DNA of 64,000 nucleotides from Clostridia bacterium (GTDB lineage: Bacteria; Bacillota; Clostridia; Oscillospirales; CAG-272), in NCBI GenBank assembly GCA_017447775.1, contig JAFSMU010000025.1, positions 158 through 64,157 of the forward strand, written 5' to 3'. Below the pieces are notes generated by a model, which did not search any database, had not been told where the DNA came from, and worked only from the letters and a program-made list of their open reading frames with translations. Shown here one piece after another: positions 9,150-19,229 of the stretch. The position numbers and the translations under genes were made by a program. Every line of letters starts with the position of its first letter. The first letter of the stretch is position 1.

Positions 9150-9920
9150 TTATTTGCAGTTAGCGGAAAAACCTACTATGCCGGCTTCGCTGTTGTGCTG
9201 AAGAACGACTCTTATTACTCTGTCTCTTACGTTTACGGAGAACTTCTCGCCGCTCTCGAGCGTCTGGATCACTACAAGTCCCGTCGCCGTAATGCTGAGT
9301 TTGTAGTTTTTAAGAGTGTATCTCGGCTCCGTGCTTTCGTTTATCGTGTCGGCGGTATAGACGTATGCGTTGCTTCCGTCGAATTTAATTCCCACGTTCG
9401 TTCCGTAGTCGCCGGGCGCCGATTCCGTGACGTAGAGCTTGTTCAATTCCGGTGTAAAGAAGCTGATCTCGTCAACTTTCTTGAGGGTGCCGGAAAATGC
9501 GCCGCCGGAGATTGTGTATGAATATATAAGCGATCCGTCGCTCATATAGAAGTCGTAAGTTACTCCGTCGTGAACGGCGCGGGCAGCCGATACGCCGTTT
9601 GCGGAAACGCTCGTATACTTCTCAGTCCACGTTGTATCGGGCGATTTTGCCTGATATTTGTCGTATCCTTCGTAGACGGAAAGCGTGACTGTCTTTGCGT
9701 CGGCGTCGATGGTGAACACGTTGTTTGCCTTTGAAACGTAGCTGCCGCTTTCGAGCTTGACTTCGGGAGCGGGGACGACCTTCTCCGTATCGGTCGGAGC
9801 GGCTTCTGTTCCGGCGGGAACTTTATCCGTTGTCGCCGGTTTTGTTCCGCCGCAGGATGCCAGCGCAAGCATCATCAATGCAAGCACCGAGCAAAGTGTG
9901 ATTTTCAAAAGATTTTTCAT
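9150..9920 (-). CDS. Hypothetical lipoprotein
   Basis: Signal peptide with LASC lipobox, P/T/A-rich linker, beta-rich body; RBS AGGAGG. Confidence 0.85.
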   Translation of the reverse strand: MKNLLKITLCSVLALMMLALASCGGTKPATTDKVPAGTEAAPTDTEKVVPAPEVKLESGSYVSKANNVFTIDADAKTVTLSVYEGYDKYQAKSPDTTWTEKYTSVSANGVSAARAVHDGVTYDFYMSDGSLIYSYTISGGAFSGTLKKVDEISFFTPELNKLYVTESAPGDYGTNVGIKFDGSNAYVYTADTINESTEPRYTLKNYKLSITATGLVVIQTLESGEKFSVNVRDRVIRVVLQHNSEAGIVGFSANCK

Positions 9921-9986
9921 ATTGCCTCCTAATGTAAAAAATAATCGGACTGCAGGCGGCGCGCCGCATACAGCCCAAATTTAGTC

Positions 9987-10060
9987 TGGAGCGAATAACG
10001 GGAATCGAACCCGCATGACGAGCTTGGGAAGCTCGGGTTCTGCCATTGAACTATATTCGC
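9987..10060 (-). tRNA. tRNA-Gly(CCC)
   Basis: GCGAATA acceptor stem, anticodon loop TT-CCC-AA, GGTTCGATTCC T-arm, encoded CCA; upstream TTGCAT-16-TATAAT. Confidence 0.95.
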
Positions 10061-10162
10061 GTACATATAATTATATCAGGTTTTTTCAAAAATGCAAGAG
10101 CAAATTAAAAAATAATCCCGACGCAACGGGCAAAAAAAACGCCGATGTCGGCGCTTTCGATA

Positions 10163-10480
10163 TTATTTTACAACAACCGCGTAATTCGGCTTTTCCGGCA
10201 GGTATTTTATGCGGATCCGATCGCCCACCTCCGTGCGGGTGTAAACGTGATCAAGCACCGCCTCGACCGTCTGCCCGTCGGTCGATGTGTACGTTACGTA
10301 ATATGTGTACTTTACATCATATCCGCCCTCGCTGTCGACCGAGCCGCTCTCCTCGATGCGCGAAACGACGGCGTCCGCCGTTATCCCGCCGCGGCGTATC
10401 TTTGCACTGCGGACTATGGTAAATATCGCATACCCCACTACAACGGCGATTATTGCGCCCATAAAAATATACTTTATCAT
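10163..10480 (-). CDS. Small membrane-anchored protein (DUF3592-like)
   Basis: N-terminal TM, then 'GITADAVVSRI...VTYTSTDG...VGDRIRIKYLPEKP' pattern; GGAGG RBS. Confidence 0.75.
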   Translation of the reverse strand: MIKYIFMGAIIAVVVGYAIFTIVRSAKIRRGGITADAVVSRIEESGSVDSEGGYDVKYTYYVTYTSTDGQTVEAVLDHVYTRTEVGDRIRIKYLPEKPNYAVVVK

Positions 10481-10682
10481 TTTCTTCCTCCGATAGCTCG
10501 AATATATTTTAATATTACCATAAAATATGCGCTTTGTCAACAAAAAAGAAACGGGGCGGCGCGGCAAGATCGGTCAGCCGGCATACTTTTTTTCAAATTA
10601 TATTGAATATTTCGCCGTTTTATTGTATCATATAATAAGCCAGCAAATCGTGTGCGGGCTCAGCGAAAAACGGAGGCGTGAA

Positions 10683-10865
10683 ATGAAAAGGGAAGACATA
10701 CGCATACGCGACCCGTTCGTGCTTTTAAAGAACGGGATTTACTATATATACAGCTCCACCTGCTCGAAAGACAAAACGACAGTCGAGGTCTACAAAAGCC
10801 GCGCTCTTGACAACCGGGACGAGCCGAAGGCGGTCTACAAGATCAAAATATGTGTCAATTATTGA
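10683..10865 (+). pseudogene. Truncated GH43-type glycoside hydrolase N-terminus
   Basis: MKREDIRIRDPFVL...YYIYSST...VYKSRALDNRDEP matches the first blade of GH43 (RDP motif) but stops at 60 aa. GGAGG RBS is intact. Confidence 0.65.
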
Positions 10866-10973
10866 CTTTTCGCCCGAAAAAGAGTATTATATATTTATAA
10901 TGAGATCCGCACAAAAAAGCGAAAAAAGAAAAGCCTCGCCATTCAAGCGGGCTTGACTTTGGAAATAATTCCG

Positions 10974-11049
10974 TGGAGCTGGTGAAAAGACTCGAACTTT
11001 CGACCTGTTGATTACGAATCAACTGCACTACCGACTGTGCTACACCAGC
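10974..11049 (-). tRNA. tRNA-Thr(CGT)
   Basis: GCTGGTG acceptor stem, anticodon loop TT-CGT-AA, encoded CCA; promoter TTGACA-17-TAGAAT at 11060-11088; terminator about 10925-10955. Confidence 0.95.
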
Positions 11050-11116
11050 AACATTGGATATTCTATCACAGAAAAATCGATTTGTCAATATCAAATTAAG
11101 AAAAAACGGAGAATTT

Positions 11117-11953
11117 ATGAGACTTACCGACATATCATACGCGCGCGCCGTGATGCTTCGGCACGGCATCGTTCCGCAAAAGCGCTACGGGCAGAATTTT
11201 CTGACAAATCCGCACGTCGTCGACCTTATCGCCGACGTTTGCGCCGACGATGAATGCGGCATTATCGAGATCGGCCCTGGCATCGGCACACTTACCGAGG
11301 CTTTGTGCGAGCGGTACAAAAAGGTCGTCGCAATAGAGATAGACAAAACGCTCATCCCCGTCCTTGCGGACACGCTCTCGGGCTTTGACAACGTCAAGGT
11401 CATCGAGGGGGACGCGATGAAGCTCGATTTCAACGCCCTTATCGCCGAGCATTTCCCCGGCATGCCGGTCGCCGTCTGCGCAAACCTGCCGTACTACATA
11501 ACGTCCCCGATCATTATGAAAATGCTTGAATACGGGCCGCTTTTTCGCTCGATAACGGTTATGATACAAAAGGAAGTCGCCGACAGGCTGACGTCCGCCG
11601 CCGGCAGCGCCGACTACGGCGCGATAACGCTTGCGGTGAACTACCGCGCGCAGGTGGAAAAGGTGACAAACGTCGCGCCGTCAAACTTCATCCCGCCCCC
11701 GAAGGTCACATCTACGGTGATAAAAATGAACGTTCTGCAAAAGCCGCCCGTCGACGTTTTGAATGAAGAAAAGCTGTTTGATATAATTAAGCTCGCCTTC
11801 GCCCAACGTCGCAAAACGCTTGCAAACGCGCTCGACGAAAAGTACGGCAAGGACGATGTCGCATCGGCGCTTGAAAAAATAAATATCCGCCCCGACGTGC
11901 GCGGCGAGCGGCTCTCGCTTTCGGACTTCGCGCGCCTGTCAGACCTTATCTGA
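11117..11953 (+). CDS. rsmA: 16S rRNA m6,6A1518/1519 dimethyltransferase
   Basis: KRYGQNFL, EIGPGIGTLT, ANLPYYITSP, FAQRRKTL. Confidence 0.97.
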   Translation: MRLTDISYARAVMLRHGIVPQKRYGQNFLTNPHVVDLIADVCADDECGIIEIGPGIGTLTEALCERYKKVVAIEIDKTLIPVLADTLSGFDNVKVIEGDAMKLDFNALIAEHFPGMPVAVCANLPYYITSPIIMKMLEYGPLFRSITVMIQKEVADRLTSAAGSADYGAITLAVNYRAQVEKVTNVAPSNFIPPPKVTSTVIKMNVLQKPPVDVLNEEKLFDIIKLAFAQRRKTLANALDEKYGKDDVASALEKINIRPDVRGERLSLSDFARLSDLI

Positions 11954-12043
11954 CGGTATTCACAAAAAACGAAAAACCCGCATAAAATAAGGATAAATCA
12001 ATTTTATACGTCGGTATAAAACAAAATTATACATTGGTGTAAA

Positions 12044-13390
12044 ATGAACGAAAAACTCGAAAAGTTCAAAAAGGAAATGCGCGGCAAAACGGTAGCTCTT
12101 TTGGGGCTTGGCATATCGAATCGCGCGGCGGCAAAGTTTCTGACGGCGCTCGGCGCCGAGGTTTTCGCGCTCGATCAAAAAGATACCGAGCCGTCAGTGC
12201 TTGACGAGATGACAGCCCTCGGCGTAAAGGTTTGCAAGGTAAATGATTTTTACGGCGTCGACGCTGATATCGTTCTGCGCTCGCCCGGCATCCGCCCCGA
12301 CGCTGTAAGCACGCGCGGTGCGCTTTCAAGCGAAATGGAAATATTCACCTCTCTTTGCCCGTGCCCGATCTACGCCGTAACGGGCAGCGACGGAAAGACA
12401 ACGACGACGACGGTCATATCGAAAATGCTCGAAGCCGAATTTGACGGCACGCGGCGGCGCGTATGGCTCGGCGGCAACATCGGCAACCCGCTTATATGCG
12501 AGCTTGATTCTATCCGCTGCGACGACGTATGCGTGCTTGAGCTGTCGAGCTTTCAGCTTATGACGATGGATTTTTCGCCGCGCGTCGCCGTGGTAACGAA
12601 CATCACGCCAAACCACCTGAATTGGCACACGTCAATGGACGAATACACGGCGGCAAAGAAAAAGATATTTGAGCGTCAGCGCCACGATTGCCGCCTTGTG
12701 ATAAACGCGGACAATGAGATAACGTCGTCGTTTTACGCCTTGGCGCGCGGGGAAGTGAGGACTTTTTCCTCGCGCGGCGCGGGCGACGCCACGATAAGCG
12801 GCGGCGCGATAAGTATTTGCGGGCGAAAGATAATCGACCTTTACCAAATCAAGCTCCCCGGCAGGCACAACGCGGAAAATCTCATGGCGGCGTTTCTCGC
12901 CGTTGACGGCACTGTAAGCGACGAAAATATGAGAAAAATCGCCCGCGATTTTTCCGGCGTTGAACACAGGCTTCAGACCGTTTGCACGCGGGACGGCGTG
13001 AGATTTATCAACAGCTCCATCGACACGTCGCCGACAAGGACGCGCGCGGCGCTGTCATCCTTTGATAATAAGGTGATACTGATCGTCGGCGGGTACGACA
13101 AACACATCCCGCCCGAGCCGCTGACAGAGCCGATAATGGCGCACACAAAGGCCGTTTTCTGCACGGGAGACACCGGCGAAAAAATATATAAAATGATGAA
13201 AAACGCGCTCTACGGCGGGAAAATCGAGCTTATCCCCGACTTTGACACAGCGGTGCTTTCCGCCGCGAAATATGCAAGGGAAGGCGACACGGTGCTGCTT
13301 TCGCCAGCCGCCGCAAGCTTTGATAAATTCAAAAACTTCGAGGAGCGCGGCCACCGCTTTGCCGAGCTTGTTTCAAATTCAAAAATATAA
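12044..13390 (+). CDS. murD: UDP-N-acetylmuramoyl-L-alanine--D-glutamate ligase
   Basis: LGLGISN, AVTGSDGKTTT, GGNIG, LELSSFQL, LSPAAASFD. Confidence 0.95.
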   Translation: MNEKLEKFKKEMRGKTVALLGLGISNRAAAKFLTALGAEVFALDQKDTEPSVLDEMTALGVKVCKVNDFYGVDADIVLRSPGIRPDAVSTRGALSSEMEIFTSLCPCPIYAVTGSDGKTTTTTVISKMLEAEFDGTRRRVWLGGNIGNPLICELDSIRCDDVCVLELSSFQLMTMDFSPRVAVVTNITPNHLNWHTSMDEYTAAKKKIFERQRHDCRLVINADNEITSSFYALARGEVRTFSSRGAGDATISGGAISICGRKIIDLYQIKLPGRHNAENLMAAFLAVDGTVSDENMRKIARDFSGVEHRLQTVCTRDGVRFINSSIDTSPTRTRAALSSFDNKVILIVGGYDKHIPPEPLTEPIMAHTKAVFCTGDTGEKIYKMMKNALYGGKIELIPDFDTAVLSAAKYAREGDTVLLSPAAASFDKFKNFEERGHRFAELVSNSKI

Positions 13391-13414
13391 ATAATTCAAT
13401 ATAAAGGAGAAGAG

Positions 13415-14446
13415 ATGGAAACGAAAGAAATCATCCGCGCCGTCTGCTCGCTTATGTCGATAAACGGGTACGAATACGCCGAGAGCGACAAGCTTTGCGC
13501 CCTTGTGTCGCCGTACTTCGACGTGGTCGAGCGCGATAGCGTCGGCAATCACATCTTTATCAAAAGATCGAAAAAGAAGAACGCCAAAAAGCTCTTTATC
13601 GACACGCACTTTGACGAGATCGGGCTTATGGTGAAGGGCATCACAAATGAGGGCTTTCTGCGCGTTTGCTCCGTCGGCGGCGTTGACGCGCGCCTGCTTC
13701 CGTGCGCCGAGGTGACGGTTTACGGCAAGGGCAAGACGCTCCCCGGCGTCGCTTTGGACAAGCCGGGCTGCATCCGCAAGGACGACGAGCGCGGCAAGCT
13801 CACGCCGGTTACGGATATTCTTGTCGACGTCGGACTTGATAAGACTGAAGTATCGAAATACGTCGATATAGGAACGCCCGTCGGCTTTGCGCCATTTTAC
13901 GGCGAGCTTGGCGACGGTTACTATTTCGGAAAGGCGCTTGACGACAAGCTCTGCTCCGCCGCGGTTATAAAGGCGGTCGAGATGCTCGATCCGGAAAAGC
14001 TCGCCTACGACCTGTATTTTTCGATGTCCTGCCGCGAGGAAGTCGGCCACCGTGCCGTCAGCGCGGCGGCGTACCGCATCGAGCCTGACGCGGCGATAGT
14101 CCTTGACGTTACGTTTGGCCTTGCGCCAGAGGGAAAGAAAGGCTCGGATATGAAAATGGGCGGCGGCGCGGTTATCTCGCTTTCCGTCATTTTAGATAAA
14201 ACGCTTACCGATAATATTATAGCCGTCGCAAAAGAAAACGAGATCCCCTACCAGATCTGCCTTGAAGGCGTTGGCACGGGTACGCACGCCGACGACGTTG
14301 CGTTTGTCGGGCGCGGGATACCTACGGCACTGCTCGGCATACCGATTTATTTTATGCACACGCCGGTTGAAACAACGCTCCTCGACGACGTTGACAGCAC
14401 GGCAAAGCTTGTCGCCGAGTGCTTATGCAAGGAGGGACTTATATGA
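13415..14446 (+). CDS. M42 family (TET-type) aminopeptidase 1
   Basis: THFDE, ALDDK, REEVG, LDVT, MHTP: metal ligands intact. Confidence 0.9.
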   Translation: METKEIIRAVCSLMSINGYEYAESDKLCALVSPYFDVVERDSVGNHIFIKRSKKKNAKKLFIDTHFDEIGLMVKGITNEGFLRVCSVGGVDARLLPCAEVTVYGKGKTLPGVALDKPGCIRKDDERGKLTPVTDILVDVGLDKTEVSKYVDIGTPVGFAPFYGELGDGYYFGKALDDKLCSAAVIKAVEMLDPEKLAYDLYFSMSCREEVGHRAVSAAAYRIEPDAAIVLDVTFGLAPEGKKGSDMKMGGGAVISLSVILDKTLTDNIIAVAKENEIPYQICLEGVGTGTHADDVAFVGRGIPTALLGIPIYFMHTPVETTLLDDVDSTAKLVAECLCKEGLI

Positions 14447-15462
14447 AGCTTCACGGTCTTGAACTTATACGCGCGCTCTCCGATATCTCCGCTCCGTCGG
14501 GGTGCGAGGGAAGAGTTGCCGATTTTATAATCGGGCAGATCGGCGGCGACGCGAAAACTCAAATCGACCGCGTCGGCAACGTTATTGCGACAATACCCGC
14601 GACGGCTGACGCGCCGAAAACGATGATCTGCGCCCACATGGACGAGCCGGGGTTCATCGTTAAGGACGTCGACGGCGACGGCAAGGTCTGGTTCAAATCA
14701 TTCGGCGGCGTGCCGAGCGAGAGGATGTCAGGCAGGCGCGGCGTTATAAACGGCGACGTTTTCTGCATTTTCTCGGCAAAGCCGATACACGTCCTTTCGG
14801 GCGACGAGCGCACAAAACCGACGCCGATGGACAAAATCTACGCCGAGATCGGCGCGAAAGACAAAGACAGCGCCGCGGCAAAAGTCAAAGTCGGAGACTA
14901 CGGTACGCTCGCGCCGTCGTTTTGCGGGATAGGAAAGTACGTCAAGGGCAAAGCGCTCGGCTCGCGCGCGTCGTGCGCGGCGCTTATCGAAACGATAAGG
15001 AGCGTCGCCGCCTCCGACAAAAAGCACGGCGAGATAGTGTTTGCATTCACCACGCGCGGTGAGGTCGGCAATATGGGGGCTGAGGTCGCGTCGTTTGTCG
15101 CGTCCCCCGAAAGAGCGATAATCGTCGACGGTATTCAGGCATACGACACGCCCGACGTGCCAGACGAACTCAAAATATCAACGCTCGGCGGCGGCGCCGT
15201 TATTTCGGGCATCGACGCAAAGACGATATTCGCGCCGGCGCGCGTTGACGAGGCTGTGAAATGCGCCGAGGAAAACGGCATAAAATACCAGTACGTCGTC
15301 CGTCAGTCGCAGGTCGGCGAGGGTGCCGTCGTACAAAGGTCGCTCGGCGGGTGCGAGTGCATCGGCATATCGATTCCCACAAGATACAAAAAGAGCGCGT
15401 CGGAAATGATCAGCCCCGCCGATTACGAGGCTGTCTGCGCGCTTATCGGAAAACTGATATAA
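14443..15462 (+). CDS. M42 family protein 2, active site degenerate
   Basis: AHMDE retained, but ALGSR (for ALDDR), RGEVG (for QEEVG) and RYKKS (for RYxHS). Confidence 0.88.
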   Translation: MKLHGLELIRALSDISAPSGCEGRVADFIIGQIGGDAKTQIDRVGNVIATIPATADAPKTMICAHMDEPGFIVKDVDGDGKVWFKSFGGVPSERMSGRRGVINGDVFCIFSAKPIHVLSGDERTKPTPMDKIYAEIGAKDKDSAAAKVKVGDYGTLAPSFCGIGKYVKGKALGSRASCAALIETIRSVAASDKKHGEIVFAFTTRGEVGNMGAEVASFVASPERAIIVDGIQAYDTPDVPDELKISTLGGGAVISGIDAKTIFAPARVDEAVKCAEENGIKYQYVVRQSQVGEGAVVQRSLGGCECIGISIPTRYKKSASEMISPADYEAVCALIGKLI

Positions 15463-15477
15463 ACGGAGGAAAATGAA

Positions 15478-16479
15478 ATGGCAGAAATAGAATATCTTCG
15501 CAAATTTATGATGGCGCAGGGCGTTTCGGGCGACGAGGGCGAGATAGCAGACCTTATCGCAAAGGAGATAGCTCCTTATGTCGACGAGGTCTACAAGGAC
15601 GCTATGGGCTCGCTTATCGCGCACAAAAAAGGTCGCCCCGGCGCGAAAAAGCTGATGTTCGCCGCACACATGGACGAGATCGGCTTTATGGTGAACTACA
15701 TCACCGACGAGGGGTACCTTCGCGTGTCGAAGATGGGCGGCATCAACTTCACGGCGGCGTCATTCTCTCACGTCGTATTCAAAAACGGTATGCGCGGCGT
15801 GCTTGTTCCCGAGGCGCGCACGGCGGTGCAGAACTATTCGCCTGAAAAGGTGTACGTCGACATCGGCGCAAAGAACAAAAAGGACGCCGAAAAGCGCGTC
15901 AAGATCGGCGACACGTGCAGCGTCGTTTCGGGGCTGTATCACCTTGCGGGCAGCCGCGTCTGCGGCCGTCCGATCGACAACCGCATCGGCTGCTATATGC
16001 TGTACGAGGTCGCAAAGCGGCTTGAAAAATGCGAAAATGACACGTATTTCGTCTTCACCTGCCAGGAGGAGGTCGGCGTGCGCGGCGCAAAGACGAGCGC
16101 GTATGCGATAAATCCCGACTACGGCTGCGCCGTCGATATAGGCGGCTCGGGCGATGTTATCAACGCCGCGCCGTTTGCGGTCGTGCTTGGCGAGGGGCCG
16201 GCTATAAAGGTCAAGGACGGCATGGTCATCTGCCACAGGGACGTCGTCGACCTTATGAAAAAGATAGCCGAGGACAAGAAAATCAAGTATCAGCTTGAAA
16301 TTCTCGAATCCGGCGGCACAGACACTTGTATGCTCCAGCAGGCGCGAGGCGGATGCAAGGCTGGCGCCGTATCCGTTCCCACGCGCTACGGCCACAGCGA
16401 GGTCGAAACGATAGACATGAAGGACGTCGAGGGCGGCATCGAGATAATGAAAGGAATGTGCGAGACAGTCCTCGCATAA
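15478..16479 (+). CDS. M42 family (TET-type) aminopeptidase 3
   Basis: AHMDE, IDNR, QEEVG, GGTD, RYGHS intact. Confidence 0.92.
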   Translation: MAEIEYLRKFMMAQGVSGDEGEIADLIAKEIAPYVDEVYKDAMGSLIAHKKGRPGAKKLMFAAHMDEIGFMVNYITDEGYLRVSKMGGINFTAASFSHVVFKNGMRGVLVPEARTAVQNYSPEKVYVDIGAKNKKDAEKRVKIGDTCSVVSGLYHLAGSRVCGRPIDNRIGCYMLYEVAKRLEKCENDTYFVFTCQEEVGVRGAKTSAYAINPDYGCAVDIGGSGDVINAAPFAVVLGEGPAIKVKDGMVICHRDVVDLMKKIAEDKKIKYQLEILESGGTDTCMLQQARGGCKAGAVSVPTRYGHSEVETIDMKDVEGGIEIMKGMCETVLA

Positions 16480-16513
16480 TTCAAGTATGTAAATACTTGA
16501 ATATATAAAAAAT

Positions 16514-17767
16514 ATGATTTTTTCTGAAAAAATAAGAAATATAGCCGCAAAAGCGGAGCAAGACCTTGCGCCGCTTTTCGCGGAATTTGACAAAATATCG
16601 GAAACAAACACCGCCCGCGTGCTTGACGCGTTCCGCGCCCACAGGGTAAGCGAGGCGATGCTCGGCGGAACGACGGGGTATGGCTACGGCGACATCGGGC
16701 GCGACGCGCTTGAGGCTATCTACGCCGACGTTTTCGGCGCGGAGGACGCGATCGTCAGGCACAACATCGTCAACGGCACGCAGGCGCTGACGATAGGGCT
16801 TTTCGGTCTGCTTCGCCCGGGCGACGTGATGCTCTCCGTGACGGGCGCGCCGTACGATACGCTTGCCGAGGTCATCGGCGACAAATACAGAAACGGCGAC
16901 GGATCGCTGTGCGATTTCGGCGTAAAGTACGATGAAATTCAGCTTAAAGACGGTGCGGTCGACGAGGAACTTTTGCGCGAGAAGATAAAGCGGCACGGCG
17001 ACGCGCTCAAAGTCGTATTTATCCAGCGTTCAAAGGGGTATCAGAACCGCCCGACGCTCTCGCCGGAGGAAATCGGCAGTGTGGCAAAGCTTTGCCACGA
17101 GCTTACAAATGCTTACGTCGTTGTCGACAACTGCTACGGCGAATTTTGCGACGTCACCGAACCGACGCACCACGGCGCGGACATGATAATCGGCTCGCTT
17201 ATAAAAAATCCCGGCGGCGGCATCGCCGAAACGGGTGGCTACATCGCGGGGACAAAGCGCGCAGTCGAGCTTGCGTCGTACAGGCTGACGAGCGTCGGCA
17301 TAGGAAAGGAGTGCGGAGCCACTCTTTCCGAAAACCGCAAGATGTTCAAGGGCTTCTTCTTTGCGCCGCACGTCGTGGCGCAGGCGAAAAAGACGGCGGC
17401 TTTCGCCTCGTATATGTTCGACGCGCTCGGCTATTGTGTCGAGCCGTCGTGGCGCGAGCCGCGGCACGACATAATCCAGACGGTCAGCCTCGGCACGCCC
17501 GAGGGACTATGCGCCTTTTGCCGCGGGATACAGTCCGGCTCCCCCGTCGATTCATACGTTACGCCCGAGCCGTGGGATATGCCGGGATACGAGGACAAAG
17601 TCATCATGGCCGCCGGGACGTTTACGTCGGGCGCGTCGATAGAAATATCGGCGGACGGCCCGCTTCGCCCGCCGTACACGGCGTTCTTCCAAGGGGGACT
17701 AACTTTTGAGAGCGGAAAATATGCCGTTATGTGCGCCGCCGAGGAAACGCAATGCAAAAAAGTGTGA
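16514..17767 (+). CDS. PLP-dependent methionine gamma-lyase-like / aluminium-resistance (YnbB) family protein
   Basis: TTGYGYGDIGRD, IQRSKGY, VDNCYGEF, GSLIKNPGGG, MAAGTFTSGASIEISADGP. Confidence 0.9.
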   Translation: MIFSEKIRNIAAKAEQDLAPLFAEFDKISETNTARVLDAFRAHRVSEAMLGGTTGYGYGDIGRDALEAIYADVFGAEDAIVRHNIVNGTQALTIGLFGLLRPGDVMLSVTGAPYDTLAEVIGDKYRNGDGSLCDFGVKYDEIQLKDGAVDEELLREKIKRHGDALKVVFIQRSKGYQNRPTLSPEEIGSVAKLCHELTNAYVVVDNCYGEFCDVTEPTHHGADMIIGSLIKNPGGGIAETGGYIAGTKRAVELASYRLTSVGIGKECGATLSENRKMFKGFFFAPHVVAQAKKTAAFASYMFDALGYCVEPSWREPRHDIIQTVSLGTPEGLCAFCRGIQSGSPVDSYVTPEPWDMPGYEDKVIMAAGTFTSGASIEISADGPLRPPYTAFFQGGLTFESGKYAVMCAAEETQCKKV

Positions 17768-17839
17768 CGAAAATATCGTAGCGTAAAATAAAATAGCGCG
17801 GGACACGATATATTTTCCATATTCTTAACGGAGGCAAAA

Positions 17840-18172
17840 ATGAACGAATACATAGCGTATTGCGGGATAGACTGCTCGAAATGCGAGGCAAGGATCGCCA
17901 CGGCGAACAACGACGACGACCATCGGCGAAAGGTCGCCGATCTTTGGTCGAAACTCAACGGCGTTTCTATCACCGCGGAAATGATAAACTGCACCGGATG
18001 CCGCGTCGACGGCGCAAAAACGCCATATTGCGAAACGCTCTGCCCAATACGTCGGTGCGCGAGCGAAAAAGGGTTTGTTACGTGCGGCGGCTGCGAGAGC
18101 GTCGACTCTTGCGAAAAGCTCGGCGCAATAACGAAAAACGATCCCGCGGCACTCGACAACCTGAAAAAATAA
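17840..18172 (+). CDS. Small Cys-rich protein (DUF3795-like)
   Basis: IAYCGIDCSKC...CTGC...CPIRRCA...TCGGC pattern. Confidence 0.82.
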   Translation: MNEYIAYCGIDCSKCEARIATANNDDDHRRKVADLWSKLNGVSITAEMINCTGCRVDGAKTPYCETLCPIRRCASEKGFVTCGGCESVDSCEKLGAITKNDPAALDNLKK

Positions 18173-18379
18173 TACATGAAAAAAGGATAAAAGGCGCTTT
18201 CCAAGCGCTTTTTTTATTGCCTCTATTAAACTTATACATTCGTATAATATAAATAATACAGATGTATAAAATAATTTATCGTGTCGTAAACAGGGGAAAA
18301 CAAAAATGCGTCCGCCCCCATATTCCGACCGTATTTTCGCGCGCGCCGTATTACAATAAATAAAAAAAAGGAGCGCGCG

Positions 18380-19216
18380 ATGACGGAGTACATATACGGC
18401 GACGTTTTGTTCATCATCGACTTTTCGATGGATTTTCTGTGCCTTTACCTATCGGGCAAGGTACTGCACCTGAAAATGCGCGCGTGGCGCGTCATTTCAG
18501 CGGCGGCGCTCGGCGCGCTTTACGGCGTTTTATCGCTGCTCATCTCGCCGCCGACGGCACTCGGCATTGCCATCGAGGTGCTTGCCGCGTTTTTGGTGTG
18601 CGCCGCGGGGCTGTTTTCGGGCGGGGTGAAAAATCTTGTCGTTTGCACCGCCGTGTTTTACGCAATATCCGCTCTGCTTGGCGGGGTGATGACGCTGATC
18701 TACTCAAAGCTCGGCAAATACCGCTCGTACGTTGAGGTCGGCGGCACCGTCATGCAGGCGCTTGGGGACGTGCCGCTGTGGGTGTTCGCGCTTTGCGCCG
18801 TTGCGTCAGTCGTGATAACGCGCGCCTTATCGCGCCTTGTAAAAAGAAAGCACGCAAGCGACGTCTGCACGGTTTCATTCACGCTTGACGGAAAGGAGTA
18901 CGAGGTGCGCGGACTTGTTGACAGCGGCAACCTCTGCGCCGATCCGATATCGGGCACGCCCGTGATATTTTTGTCAAAAAAGCACAGCGGACTTATCCCG
19001 TCGTACGACGGCGGCGACGCTGTAAAAAGTACGCGCCGCATCCGCATAATCCCGATAAAAACGGCGAGCGGAGGCGCGCTTGTCTACGCCAAGAAGCCCG
19101 AGCGCTTATATATCGAATGCCGCGGCGATTCCAAGGCGATATGCGCGCTTATCGCCGTCGGGGACGCGGACGATTACGGCGGGTGCGACGCGCTCGTTCC
19201 GGCTGAGCTTATATAA
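18380..19216 (+). CDS. spoIIGA: Pro-sigmaE processing aspartic protease
   Basis: IYGDVLFIIDFSMDF N-terminus, five TM segments, GLVDSGN catalytic motif, upstream of sigE. Confidence 0.92.
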   Translation: MTEYIYGDVLFIIDFSMDFLCLYLSGKVLHLKMRAWRVISAAALGALYGVLSLLISPPTALGIAIEVLAAFLVCAAGLFSGGVKNLVVCTAVFYAISALLGGVMTLIYSKLGKYRSYVEVGGTVMQALGDVPLWVFALCAVASVVITRALSRLVKRKHASDVCTVSFTLDGKEYEVRGLVDSGNLCADPISGTPVIFLSKKHSGLIPSYDGGDAVKSTRRIRIIPIKTASGGALVYAKKPERLYIECRGDSKAICALIAVGDADDYGGCDALVPAELI

Positions 19217-19229
19217 TTAAGGAGGAAAT

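Noticed and set aside
7365-11049. Integrative island at tRNA-Gly/tRNA-Thr
   Set aside because: The genes look accessory, but I found no integrase and no duplicated tRNA 3' end.
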